A stretch of DNA of 64,000 nucleotides from Negaprion brevirostris (lineage: Eukaryota): contig JARDVH010000084.1 of NCBI GenBank assembly GCA_030324005.1, positions 93,620,663-93,684,662 of the forward strand, given 5' to 3'. Below are positions 50,071 to 62,922 of the stretch, in pieces (the stretch's first letter is position 1; each line of letters begins with the position of its first letter). A program made the translations under genes and the position numbers. The notes under the pieces were generated by a model. It did not search any database and was not told the DNA's origin. It saw nothing but the letters and a program-made list of their open reading frames with translations.

Positions 50071-51514
50071 TCAGTGTCAATGTTAGATTTTGTCCTAAAT
50101 TAGCAAAGAACTTGAGAAAAAGTAGTATTAAATTATTTGCACTTAGATACGCTGATGATTTGCTGAGTTCATGAGCGTATTATTCAACAATCGAGGAAAG
50201 TCCCTGGGTTCAAGCCTCAGTGTCTGTTGTCTGTGGTTGGCCCTAGAGTTGGGTTTGTGGGCAGGGGAGTGTAAAATCAACCACAGTTTTTGTTCCTAAT
50301 AATTATTCAGTGGCCACTGCTGGAAGGTGTACATGTGTGAAGATAGATTGGCACTTAGCTGCAGTGCCCTACAAGGTCTTTGGCCACTTAGTGTCACTGA
50401 GCACACAGGAAGAATAAGCAGTTGGCCATGGCAACTGGTTTATGCTGGGGATCCATAATCAGCAAGAATTAGTATCCTTCAGAGAAGAATGGAAACGGTT
50501 AGCTTTGGGGATAAACAAACATGTTATCAGCCTTTACCCGGAGTTTTGAGGAGAGCAAATGCACGAGTAGGAAGTGAAGACCTTGGTAATCAAAGACAGT
50601 GAGCCATTAAATCTACAATCATGCAATTAAGAAGAGAATTTGTTTAACATGTGCTCTCTGACATCCGTTTTCACAATCTGATTTCCTTCAGTTTAATAAA
50701 GTAGGAGCAGCTGCTTTGCAAATCTACAGCAGGTGCTGGCGCCTGTCAATAAAATTATTCTTCAGAAACAACATAAGTACAATGGATGAGCAATGAAAGA
50801 GAAAGATGTTCATTAGTACAGGACCTATATGTTCTCTATTTCAACATATGATACGTCAAATTAATTACTTTATTACTTTGCAGACAAACACTGCAACTAA
50901 TGTAAACACAAGATCCAATAAATAGCAGAAATGATGAATGACCAACTAAACAGTTTCTGATTGTCTTCGTGGAATAATTAAAGTGCAAGAGGCCAATCTA
51001 CCCATCTAGTATCTCTGAAAAACCATTCTATCTCGTCCCACTATAAAGTGTTTATTCAAGGGACATTGTTGCCATCTGGAAACCTGTTTCCCTGTTTCTT
51101 GGCTGTTAGAGTTTGCATGTTTCTGGGAGTGAACTCTGTTCAAATATTTGCATGCGTGATATCCATTATTCATGCCCCATAATAATGTCAGTATACACAA
51201 CTATAAGCAGCTGTTTCTATTTGCTGTCAGAAGGGTGTGGAAAAAACTGAACAGCTTGGCAGTTTGGAGCTGCATTTAAGGATGATTCGGCCTCTATATT
51301 TAGATATATTTCAGGCAAAACAACTTGTGTTTCACAAGAAATGTGCAGTGTATTTACTCAAAAATGTTTCAGCCCTTTGAGGAGTGACAGGATTTTAATT
51401 TATATGGCACACTGGCCAATGCCAGTTGGTCTGATTACTGTCAAAGCCACTTAGTGAGAGGCCTGTCCTCCCTTTGTGCTACAAAGATACACCACATCAC
51501 TGATAGCTTATTAC

Positions 51515-51839
51515 CCAGAAGGCTGACTGGATAGCGAGTAACCAGAAGCTGGGGATTCTGAATGACATTCCGTCTGGGTTATTTAATGTACTATATAAAT
51601 AAATGGAGTCACTATTCTATACCATGTGCAAGGCTCACGGTGTAAACTGCAGCCAGCTAATAACTGTACATAGAGTGATCTTGTTTCCATTACTTTTTAG
51701 TTTTGTGTACACAAAAATTTCCAGTTCTGACTAGTTCAAACAAGGACGTGCTGTGATGCATAGATACAGCAAGCTGTTCACAGACATAATTTCTGCAGAG
51801 ATAGTAAAGTCTTTCACAAGAATCAGGATTCTTACCTCA
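51515..51839 (-). CDS. Candidate 5' (leader) exons of the SLAM-like gene, uncertain
   Basis: A strong donor ATGAG|gtaag near 51835, spliced to a 59-nt ag/gt-bounded segment (51573-51515, phase 2-1), gives MRRNVIQNPQLLVTRYPVSLLG, which is phase-compatible with the IgV exon but a poor signal peptide. Another frame of the same segment reads MSFRIPSFWLLAIQSAFW, which is more signal-like but ends in phase 0. Confidence 0.25.
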
Positions 51840-53074
51840 TGTGACCACCGAATCAGATACCCATAAACAGAAATTTAGACTATCCCTGCTGATTCCTCTG
51901 CCTACCCTTTTGGAATTGAGAGCGCGAACATTGAATGAGGACAAGTTTGGTCTCAGCTGCTAAATAAAGCTGTGTTTATTGTCTGGTGCACTTGACCACC
52001 AGGCAACACTAACTACTGAGGTGTTAAACCTCATTAGACTTAGGAAAGCAAAAAGAAAACAACAAGTAACTTGATTGCATTTCACAGCTTTCTTGACCTT
52101 GGTGTGTAGGCTATGCAGCCCCGCAAGTTCTCTGCCAGTCCACATGCTCNNNNNNNNNNNNNNNNNNNNNNNNNNNNNNNNNNNNNNNNNNNNNNNNNNN
52201 NNNNNNNNNNNNNNNNNNNNNNNNNNNNNNNNNNNNNNNNNNNNNNNNNNNNNNNNNNNNNNNNNNNNNNNNNNNNNNNNNNNNNNNNNNNNNNNNNNNN
52301 NNNNNNNNNNNNNNNNNNNNNNNNNNNNNNNNNNNNNNNNNNNNNNNNNNNNNNNNNNNNNNNNNNNNNNNNNNNNNNNNNNNNNNNNNNNNNNNNNNNN
52401 NNNNNNNNNNNNNNNNNNNNNNNNNNNNNNNNNNNNNNNNNNNNNNNNNNNNNNNNNNNNNNNNNNNNNNNNNNNNNNNNNNNNNNNNNNNNNNNNNNNN
52501 NNNNNNNNNNNNNNNNNNNNNNNNNNNNNNNNNNNNNNNNNNNNNNNNNNNNNNNNNNNNNNNNNNNNNNNNNNNNNNNNNNNNNNNNNNNNNNNNNNNN
52601 NNNNNNNNNNNNNNNNNNNNNNNNNNNNNNNNNNNNNNNNNNNNNNNNNNNNNNNNNNNNNNNNNNNNNNNNNNNNNNNNNNNNNNNNNNNNNNNNNNNN
52701 NNNNNNNNNNNNNNNNNNNNNNNNNNNNNNNNNNNNNNNNNNNNNNNNNNNNNNNNNNNNNNNNNNNNNNNNNNNNNNNNNNNNNNNNNNNNNNNNNNNN
52801 NNNNNNNNNNNNNNNNNNNNNNNNNNNNNNNNNNNNNNNNNNNNNNNNNNNNNNNNNNNNNNNNNNNNNNNNNNNNNNNNNNNNNNNNNNNNNNNNNNNN
52901 NNNNNNNNNNNNNNNNNNNNNNNNNNNNNNNNNNNNNNNNNNNNNNNNNNNNNNNNNNNNNNNNNNNNNNNNNNNNNNNNNNNNNNNNNNNNNNNNNNNN
53001 NNNNNNNNNNNNNNNNNNNNNNNNNNNNNNNNNNNNNNNNNNNNNNNNNNNNNNNNNNNNNNNNNNNNNNNATC

Positions 53075-54990
53075 CTGATTCTCCTCCTGGTCTACTTCAG
53101 TGATCCCACACTCCTCCCTGTCTGCTTCACTATTATCCCAGACTGCTTCACACTCTGTGTCTGCTACACAGTGATTAATCTCGTGAACTGCCTCCAAGGC
53201 AACTACATCCCTCTCCAAGTAACAGGACTAAAACTGTGCACAGTACTTCAGATGCAGTCTCACTAATGCATTGTACAATCGCTGCAACACTTCCCTACCT
53301 TTATACTCTATCCCTTTAGAAATAAATGCCAACATTTCATTTGCTTTTCTTGTTACCTGTTGTACCTGCATATTAGTTTTCGTTCAAAAGGACACCCAGG
53401 CTGGAACTCTACCACCTTACCTGCCATGGAAAAATTGGATCCAACAACGGAAATCTCCTTTGACCTCAGGCGGGAATTTCTGGTTTCACTCGAGCAAGGC
53501 CATAAGTCCTGCCCCAGACTTCTGTGCTGAAGCAGTCTGAAGCTTCTCTTATAATTAATTAGATAATTAGATGCCTATTTTTTCCTGACCAAAATGGATA
53601 AACTCACACTTAACCACACACACATAAAATGTGAACTGTTGACTTATATTTGGGCGGTCCCCATATCTGCCACATTTCGGGCCACTCAGCTAACCTATTC
53701 ATATGTAAATTTCTTATTTCCAAATTGCAACTTACTATCCTATCTATTTTGGTGTCATCTGGAAATTTGGCTATCGTACATACTGTACTTGTACCTGAGT
53801 CATTAATATACATTGTAAATAGTTGGGGTCTGAGGACAGAACCCTGAGGCAACCTACTAGTTACATTATGTAATCCAGANNNNNNNNNNNNNNNNNNNNN
53901 NNNNNNNNNNNNNNNNNNNNNNNNNNNNNNNNNNNNNNNNNNNNNNNNNNNNNNNNNNNNNNNNNNNNNNNNNNNNNNNNNNNNNNNNNNNNNNNNNNNN
54001 NNNNNNNNNNNNNNNNNNNNNNNNNNNNNNNNNNNNNNNNNNNNNNNNNNNNNNNNNNNNNNNNNNNNNNNNNNNNNNNNNNNNNNNNNNNNNNNNNNNN
54101 NNNNNNNNNNNNNNNNNNNNNNNNNNNNNNNNNNNNNNNNNNNNNNNNNNNNNNNNNNNNNNNNNNNNNNNNNNNNNNNNNNNNNNNNNNNNNNNNNNNN
54201 NNNNNNNNNNNNNNNNNNNNNNNNNNNNNNNNNNNNNNNNNNNNNNNNNNNNNNNNNNNNNNNNNNNNNNNNNNNNNNNNNNNNNNNNNNNNNNNNNNNN
54301 NNNNNNNNNNNNNNNNNNNNNNNNNNNNNNNNNNNNNNNNNNNNNNNNNNATGGCCAATCAACCTAACCCACACATCTTTGGACTGTGGGAGGAAACCGG
54401 AGTACCCAGAGGAAACCCATGCAGACATGAGGAGAATGCGCAAACTCCACAATGATAGTGATCCAAGCCAGGAATCGAACCAAGGTCCCTGGAACTGTGA
54501 AGCTGCAGTACTAGTCACTGTGCTACCGTGCCACCCATACAAAGATGATAGGAAAATGACTCAGTCTATCCTTCACAAAACCATGCTGACTGATGGATTG
54601 AGTTCTAGCTTTCCAAATGTCATGTTATTACTCCCTTAATACTGGATTATAACAATTTCAAAATTGCAAATGTTAAACTAACTTGTCTATAGTTTCCTAC
54701 TTTTTGTTTGTCTCCCTTTTTGAATAAGGGTGACATTTTTCCCAATCCACAGGAACCTTTCCCGTATCCAGGGAATTTTGGAATATTATAACCAATGGAT
54801 CCACTATTCCTGCTGACACTTCTTTAAAATCCAAAGATGTATGCCAGACGTGGGGAACTTGTCTGCATTTAATCCCAATACTTTACTCAGCACTTTTTTC
54901 CCTGTTGATGCTGAATATTCTTCCGTTCTATTAGCTCTGCATTACTTGTTACTGCTGGGATGGTACTAGTGTCATCCACCGTGAAATCTG
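53075..54990 (-). mobile_element. CR1 fragments with an inserted SINE (54351-54538, minus)
   Basis: LPQGSVLRPQLF and KFPDDTK motifs; SINE head and V core on the reverse strand. Confidence 0.8.
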
Positions 54991-56262
54991 TTATAGCAAG
55001 ATAGTTGAGAAATTGATCAAATAGTGTCACATGATTTTTACCTCAGCCCAAATGGGCCCCAGTTCAATGACTTGCGCAACCTGGATTCTCTGAACTAGGC
55101 CTTGAACCCAGGACTGTCTAACAAGAAACAAGAGAGTTTTATCAGGTGAACTATGACTGACATCTAAATAAGCGCAGCAGAACTAAGCAGCTTCGACACC
55201 AGAAGCGAGGGCACCAGAATACGTGAACCTGAGCTCAATGACTCAGGTTCACGTATTGCTCTGTGGCCATCTCTACAAGCCACTTAGTAACACCATTGTA
55301 TCAGTTATATTTCTATATTTCCTGCCGAGACAGCTCAAGTCTCAGTGTCAGTGAATCACATTCAGTTGACTTAAAGTTGTGGCTGGAAGCATACATTGGA
55401 AATGTAGTCAGTTTAAAAAATACTTAACATTGAGTGGAGTCTATAAATCAACCTCTGAAACCTCCAAACATTCTTCCAAAAATGGGGCTTGACTGATAAC
55501 GCCAGCTACAAAATGTGAACNNNNNNNNNNNNGGGTGTGTGTGTTCCCCATATTAAAATGTGAAAAAACAACAGCACCAGTAACTCAAAATTAACAGGTC
55601 ATAATTTACTGAATCAATTAACTGTACAATGATACGTTTAACCACAAGACTTTTTTTTAAAATGCCAAAGTCTTCGCCTTCAGCATCCGATGCAGAGATC
55701 TGCAATTTCATTACAAGTCACTTTGGCTGTTGCCTCGCTCTGGTTCAGATGTTGCACTTTTGCAACAAATCCTCTTCACCTCCATTCATTGAAATTGATA
55801 TTCTCCCTAACAGCACTCTGGGTGTACCTACACTTCAGGGGCTGCAGGGGTTCAAGAAGGTAACTCACTACCATCTGCTCAAGGGCAACTAGGGATGGGC
55901 AATAAATGCTGGCCAGCCAGTGATACCCACATCCCATAAAATGAACTCTAAAAATGTTTTTTGCAGAATATGTCCATTTTGTGCTAAAAGCATCCCACGA
56001 TTTGATATCAAAAGCATACAAAACATCACAGCAAAGCGTATGTTTCCACTGTTGGTGAAATTTTCTTTATCAACTATACAACTACTTTATTTGGTACAAA
56101 CATGGTCATTGAATAGCTTATAAAGGCACAAATCCAAAAGATTGAACTATGAATGTTCAACATCTCCGATATAACTGTGATGTGGGTGTTCTTCACAGGC
56201 ACCTCTTGTCATTGCTTTTACGGGATTCAAATAAGTCCCAAACCAGTAAGCTACATCCTTTA

Positions 56263-57165
56263 CATAGAGTCATAGAGGTTTAGAGAATGGCCCAAATTGT
56301 CCATGCCATCCTTTTTTGAAACCAAAGCTAGTCCCAGTTGCCCGCATTTGACCCAAATCCCTCTACAGCCATTTTATCCATGTAATTGTCTAAATGCTTT
56401 TTAAAAGACAAATTTGTACCTACCTCTACTACTACCTCCGGCATCATGTTCCAGACACCACCCTCTGTGAAAAAATTGTCTCTCTGGACCCTTTTGTATC
56501 TCTCCTCTCTCAGCTTAAACCTATACCCTCTCATTTTAAATTCTCCTACTTCAGGAAAAGTTGTTGACCATCTCGCTGATCTATGCCCCTCATTTTTATA
56601 TAGATCTCTGCAAGATCACCTCTGAGGCTCCCTGGAGATTTGATGCTCCAGGGAAAGAAGTCCCCGTCTATCCAGCTTCTACTTATAACTCAAACCATCA
56701 AGTCCTGGTCGCATCCTAGTAAATCTTTTCTGCACGCTTTCTAGTTGAATAATATCCTTTCTATAATAGGGTGACCAGAACTGTACACAGTATTCCAATT
56801 GTGGTCTTACAACTCTTACACAACTTCAACAAGACATCCCAACTCCTGTATTCAATGTTCTGACCAAAGAAACCAAGCATGCAAACTGCCTTCTTCACCA
56901 NNNNNNNNNNTTATCTAAATTAAACTCCATCTGCCATGCATCAGCCCCTTGGCCCAATTGATCAAGATCCCATTACAATCCTATATGACCCTCTTCACTG
57001 TCCACTGTGCCACCAAACATGGTGTCATCTGCAAAATTACTAATCCATGCCGCCTAAATTCTTGTCCAAATCATTAATATAAATGACAAATAACAGTGGG
57101 CCCAGCCCCGAGACACACCACTGGTCACAGACTTCCAGTGTGAAAAATAACCTTCTACGACCCTC
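56263..57165 (-). mobile_element. CR1 LINE inserted into the pogo transposase
   Basis: [14 protein letters not shown] and other RT motifs; tacatag on both sides (56261-56267, 57166-57172). Removing the insert rejoins the transposase reading frame. Confidence 0.9.
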
Positions 57166-57912
57166 TACATAGGCTACAAGGATGGCTATTCCACACATTA
57201 TTGATCTATATCTCCACTGCATCTTCATGCATCCAACTGTTGTCACAGTACAGTTGCAAAAAAGCTCCTTCAGGGAACATGATGTTCTTTTGAAAATTAC
57301 CATCGGCTTTAATTTAATTCTCGGTCACAGAGGTTAGTACCACCATGAAATTTGTCTTCTCTTATTCACAGGAAGAACTGTTCCAGACTCTTTCCATTTC
57401 ATTGTTTGAATGCTGGGCATTTCAAAATTTAGAGAGCTTTATCCTCCATTTTGTTGATGTGAAATACTAGGGACCTGTGTTTTTTTTAACTGCTGTCTAA
57501 TAATCAATGAAAATATTACCTCGACATTGAGGTCTTTTGGTAGTCTTTGAGAAACCCTGGTTTTCAGTTGCTAAACTGAACTGTTTCATTTCATTAAATG
57601 GCCACATCAATTTGGTCTGAAATCTTTGCGGGACTCAGGGTTCAATTTGGCTAACACTTGAGTCTGTTTTAACACATTTCATTCCTGGTAACAATGTAAA
57701 ACTGCTCCAATGATTTGAAATCACATTCCAATATTTGCTTCTCAAAATCAGGCCATTCGCTGGTCCCTTTTTGGTGGCACATTGGTTTTGGGCATTCTCA
57801 TCAGTTTAGATTGTCTTTTCCTTCCATTCTCACACCAGTTTGTCCACTGCAGTAGAATTATTTGGTGAGTTGGCAGAAAGCAGCTTCAGACTTCATTTTC
57901 TGGTTTGGAAAT

Positions 57913-58670
57913 GGGGAGGCAGTGGCATAATGGTATTGTCACTGGACTAGTAATCCAGAGACCCAAAGTAACACTCTGCGGGCCCGAATTCGAATCCAGA
58001 TGTGAGTGCTGTGCCTGTGCATAGGCTCCAGCCTAAGGCTGAAACCAAGGTTGTTGTTTGGTCTCAAGCAAATATTCTGAGTGGGTTACCAGGGCGTAAT
58101 GAGAACACAAATGTAGCTCAGCATTGGGACCAAAATTCCTGGGCCCTCCATAGATTGAAACAAAATGTTAAGCACTGGAGAGTAATGACAGGAGCTGCAG
58201 ACTAAACAAGCAAAACATAAGTTAGCAAAATCATCTGTTGCAGTATGGCTGACTTTTGAGTTAGCCTCTCCCCCCAAAGGCATGTATTTACAAGGCATCA
58301 GTTGGCTATGCAATGTCTGGTACCAAATGTGAGGACTCCATTTTTGAGTCATTATGCCAACTGGTACAAGAAACTGGCAACAGGTTCCTACAATCAACAT
58401 AAGACTTCAACAGTCTTATGTTGACTGTTGGCAGATGGTGAAATTTGAATGCAATGAAAATCTGCAATTAGAAGTCTAATGGCGACCATGAAACCATTGT
58501 TGATTGTTGTAAAAACCCATCTGGTTCATTAATGTCCTTTAGTGAAGGAAATCTGCCATCCTCACCTGGCCTATATGTGACCCATAGCAATGTGGTTGAC
58601 TCTTAAATGCAGTCAGGGGTGGGCAATAATAGCTGGCCTAGCCAGCGACACTCTCATCCCACGATCAATT
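57913..58670 (+). repeat. Deu-domain SINE (SacSINE1-like), split by a ~425-bp insert
   Basis: tRNA-like head to ttcgaatcc (~57997); the body resumes at ~58428 (ggcagatggtgaaatttgaa...aaacccatctggttcattaatgtcctttag) with a gggcaataa tail. Confidence 0.8.
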
Positions 58671-59480
58671 TTTTTTAAAAATCCATTTCTGTTTGTCACT
58701 CACTATTTATATATACACACTATTCTTTGCAAGCATGTCTTAAACTGCCTCTCACCTTTGCAACATAGTACAATATAAATATAAAACATACGTATCTGTG
58801 GTGAAAATTTGAGGCTGACTACTAATAGAAGTCTAGAACCATAAAAAAAAAGTGTGGGGCGGAGCAAAGGCATGATTTTTGGCACCAAAAATTGCATCAT
58901 CATTTTTGCAGTGTTAACTTGTGTGCCCTGATCTGTGGTATACTTAACAAATTTATGCAAAACTATTTAAAAACCTTTGAAAAGGGGAGGAATTCTCAGC
59001 AGCTTCTGGAAAAGAAACAACTGGCCAAGAACCTCCCAAGGTTCATTTTCTCAGTTGACCTCACAACAGGGATGGCTGGTGTTCCTGCTGACACCGTGCA
59101 GCAAAAACCTTATTATTGTTGAAGTCTTATGTTGACTGTAGGAACTTATTGCCAGTGGGCGTAATGACTCAAAATGTGAGTCTTCACATTTGGTACCAGA
59201 CATTGAACAGATGGGGCACTCAAAAGTCAGCCATACTGCAATAGATGATTTTGCTAATTTATTTTTTGCTTGCTTGGTCTGCAGCTCCTGTCACTGCTCT
59301 CCAGTGCTTAACATTTTGTTTCAATCTTTGGGGGGCCCAGACATTTTGGCCCCAATGCTGAGCTACATTTGTGTTCTCATTATGCCCTGGTAATCCACTC
59401 AGAATGTTTGGATGAGACCAAACAACAACCTTGGTTTGACCCTTAAGCTAGAACCTATGCACAGGCACAGCACTCACACC
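58000..59480. repeat. Long inverted repeat pair (58000-58412 and 59116-59480)
   Basis: The arms are reverse complements over ~360-410 bp with scattered mismatches and indels. ORFs 58086-58400(-) and 59190-59393(+) translate to nearly the same peptide. Confidence 0.95.
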
Positions 59481-59669
59481 TGAAATGAGTATCCCAGTTG
59501 AAAGTTAGCCCCCACTGAACCCTGGCTATGAGGACAGGAGACTAGCTGACATTAGGAACCATGGGGACGAGGACAGTCAGCTAAATAACAGTGCTGTCAA
59601 AATGAATTTGGGATAAAATTAGTTCACATTTGAAAAAGCATGAAGTAATAAATAAAAATATGTACTGAT

Positions 59670-60700
59670 TAAAGGCAAAATACGTTTGACTAACTTGATA
59701 AAGTGCTTGGATGAAATAACAGAGCAGGTTAATGGATTAACGAGGTACTAATAGCACAGATACATGATTTATTAATTGTACAGGCCAGTAAAGAATAAAC
59801 AGTTAGTTCTCAGACTGATGGAGATACACAATCGTATTCTCCAAGTTATTAGAAATATTGCTCTTGATTAATATTAATAATCAAAACATGATAATTTCAT
59901 AGTTTACAGATGATGCAAAATTCAGAAATATAGTAATTAATGCAGCAAATAATAGACATGAGGAGGGCATTTACTGGTAAAATGGCAGACATGGCAAATT
60001 AATTTAGCATGGATGATCAAACAGAAGCATGAAGTGATGCATTGTTAGAAAGAAGATAGAGACAATTTGAATGAAACAGTGCAATTTAAAATGGAGTGCA
60101 AGAACAGAGAAACTTGGCGTGTATGTACAGAAATCTTTGAACATTTGACAGTGGTTTTAAAATAATCATATATTACTGTATGAATAAAATGCAAAAGCAA
60201 GGAAGAATTAAGAGAGAATGAAAGTTACATGATACTTGACAACTACTAGACCCATCAAAGCATTTTGCTGCCAGTGGAGTACTTTTGAGTGTAGCCATTG
60301 TTGTATAGAGGACATGTAGCAAACAATGTGTGGCTCTGCTTAACACCACATCTGAACGTAGCACTTCTGACAGTGAAGCTTTCCTAGTGGTACACAGGAA
60401 TGTCAGTTGATTTTTGTGGTCAAGCACAAGAATGGAATTTAAACCTACAATTGAGCCATAGCAGATATATAAACTAATGTTAACCTTTATAAAATACTTG
60501 TCAAACTTTACTATATTCTATTCTCCAAAATATTAGAAACACTCTCCTTTTTGATAAATATTTGATAAACAGAAGGATGACAGTCTTAGAGATTGTGCAG
60601 AAAATATTTACTAAAATACCACCAACGTCGAGGGGACTACAGTTATGTGCAGAAATTCCAGAAACTAGAGACCTTCATCTTAAACAGAAAGTTAAATGGA
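59670..60700 (+). mobile_element. Very old CR1 remnant
   Basis: Degenerate LTNLIK, FTDDAK and VQEQRNLGV segments. Confidence 0.5.
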
Positions 60701-61974
60701 AATTTGATTGTGGTGTTCAAACCCAAATGGTTTTGATAAGAGTAAAGGAGGCGGCACCTTGCAAAGTTCAGAATGGAAGTCATCAAGGAAAAGACATACA
60801 AAGAAGCAGCACAACCATTCTGGTAAACCCATGTAACCTGCTATGTAGAAAGCTGCTGGTCTTGAAGGACCTGTGGAAAAAATCTGGCTGCCTCTCACTC
60901 CCTGGTTTACAGGCACTCAGTGTGTATATAGTGGGAAAAGAAGTGCCTCAGAGAATCAGATCCCTTTGACGTTCTATTCTATCCCTGCAAAGGCAATTGT
61001 TGTGTACAAAATATTAACAGAGAACTAAGAGTGGGGGAGAAACAGCCTAAGTCTGCACTAACAGGAAATTGTGTAGCGAGTAGGCAGATCCTATAGGAAG
61101 CTGGTGAGGGACAATGCGGTTAAACCCAGGATGGTAATCAAGATTTTGGGGAGGTTTTGTTCAACCCTTTATCTTTCTTGTCAGCCTCATGTGGTTTCCA
61201 CTGAACTCTTGCAATTGAACTCTTACAATGGCTTCATCAAAAGCTACTATTTCTGGCAGGATTCCTTGAAAGAAGGGGCCAGTCGCTGAGTAACCCCAAC
61301 TCCCACTAAATGCTTCCACATCAAGAACACCAGAAAATCCCTGCATCAGTTTTCTTGTGAATATAACAAAAACTAATTAAAATACGATGATTAACTGTAC
61401 AATTGTTTAATTCTATTGTATGTGACTTTGCACTCTTGACTTTTGAAAGGACTTCCAGAACATGGACAAGTTGGGCCGAAGGATCTGTTCCATGCTGAAA
61501 ACTTCTATGACTCTATGACATTATATATTCGAGCTTCTGACACTTGTATTGAATTTTTAACTAAACCACATTTCCATTCCTGCTTGCAATTTGTCCTGGG
61601 TAAATGTGATTAAGAGATGGCTTGATCGGAAACTGTGGTCTGTGCATTAATTGATCCCAAATGTTTAAAGGGAACCAAATGGTAAAAAACTAAACTTCAG
61701 TAGAAGTTTAATGTGCATGAAAACAGGCTGCTGTGTGAAAACCATTAGATAAAAATAAATTTGTAAAATTCCAGACACCAATACAGGGCAGAGAAGACAA
61801 TAATGCTTTGAATCTCAGNNNNNNNNNNNNNNNNNNNNNNNNNNNNNNNNNNNNNNNNNNNNNNNNNNNNNNNNNNNNNNNNNNNNNNNNNNNNNNNNNN
61901 NNNNNNNNNNNNNNNNNNAAGTACAGATGACAGTCAGGATATGAAAAAGTGATCCAGCCCGAGTGTATAGGTTA

Positions 61975-62230
61975 GGAAGCAGTGGTTAGCACCGTTGTCT
62001 CACAGCACCAGGACCTGGGTTCGATTCCTCCCTCAGGTCAGTATTTCTGTAGAGTTTGCACATTTTCCTGATGTCTGCGTGGGTCTCCTCTGGTTTCCTC
62101 CCACACTCCAAATGTGTGGGGGTTAGGTTAATCAGACATGCTGAATTACCCCTTAGTGTCTGGGTAATTGGGACGGGTAAATATGTGGGATAATGGGGAT
62201 ATGGCCTGAGTGTGATTGTTGATGCAGGCA
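61975..62230 (+). repeat. V-SINE/HE1-like SINE
   Basis: agtggttagcac head, ggttcgattcc B-box-like motif and V core. Confidence 0.85.
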
Positions 62231-62789
62231 ANNNNNNNNNNTATTGGAATTGGGCTCAAATCACAGCTTTAGGTTAAATTGGTCTCCAAAGGCTTTGCAG
62301 TATTTTAAGGATGTTAGGCAGCTCAAGGTATCTATGATGTGTTTGACCAAAAGGTTAAGGGTCACATTGCTTGTGCAAGTATGAGCTGGTGGAGGGACCA
62401 TGCACATAGCACATTGACTGATAACTTGTGCCCCTGACACAGTTGTGAGTGCAGTTATGTGGTAATCTATTTAGGTCTTAATGGAAACACTGTTGCAGTT
62501 TCATGCCTCTTAATCTTACTGATAATGAATAAAATATAACCGCTGTCATTCATTTTGGTATCACTTTGAATCATTTCACAACTAGAGGAGGAGCTGAGGC
62601 TGCTGGCAATGGCCGTTGTATGGGGGTGGAAGTGAGTGCTGGCAGGTGCTGGCTCAGAATGTGGGAGTGGGGTGAAAGGGGGATAGAGANNNNNNNNNNN
62701 NNNNNNNNNNNNNNNNNNNNNNNNNNNNNNNNNNNNNNNNNNNNNNNNNNNNNNNNNNNNNNNNNNNNNNNNNNNNNNNNNNNNNNNNN

Positions 62790-62922
62790 GATTAAGGGTT
62801 ATGGGGAGAGGGCGGGAGTGTGGAACTGAGCCACAACAGATCAGCCATGATCTTACTGAATGGCGGAGCAGGCTCGAAGTGCTAGATGGCCTACTCCTGC
62901 TCTCAATTCTTATGTTCTTATG
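62790..62922 (+). mobile_element. CR1 3' end
   Basis: gatcagccatgatcttactgaatggcggagcaggctcga...ttcttatg tail. Confidence 0.85.

Larger units (their letters stand above)
55425..58940 (-). mobile_element. pogo/Tc2 (POGK/Tigger-like) DNA transposon, decayed, with nested insertions
   Basis: Reverse-strand fragments in pogo order: N-terminal HTH region (MPKT, EWPDFEKQILE, YIVTRNE; ~57600-57900), EKTNFMVVL and KLKPMVIFKR (~57280-57370), VWNSHPCSL|CKGCSLLVWDLF, LLDLCLYKLFNDHV, KENFTNSGNIR, IKSWD. Degenerate Tc2-like termini near 55430-55500 and 58910-58940. Confidence 0.8.

Noticed and set aside
52075-54542. ORFs of 300+ aa in the track
   Set aside because: Almost entirely N; the flanks are mostly CR1 or SINE sequence.
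58086-59393. Two near-identical short ORFs suggesting a duplicated gene
   Set aside because: A by-product of the inverted repeat; no coding or splice evidence.
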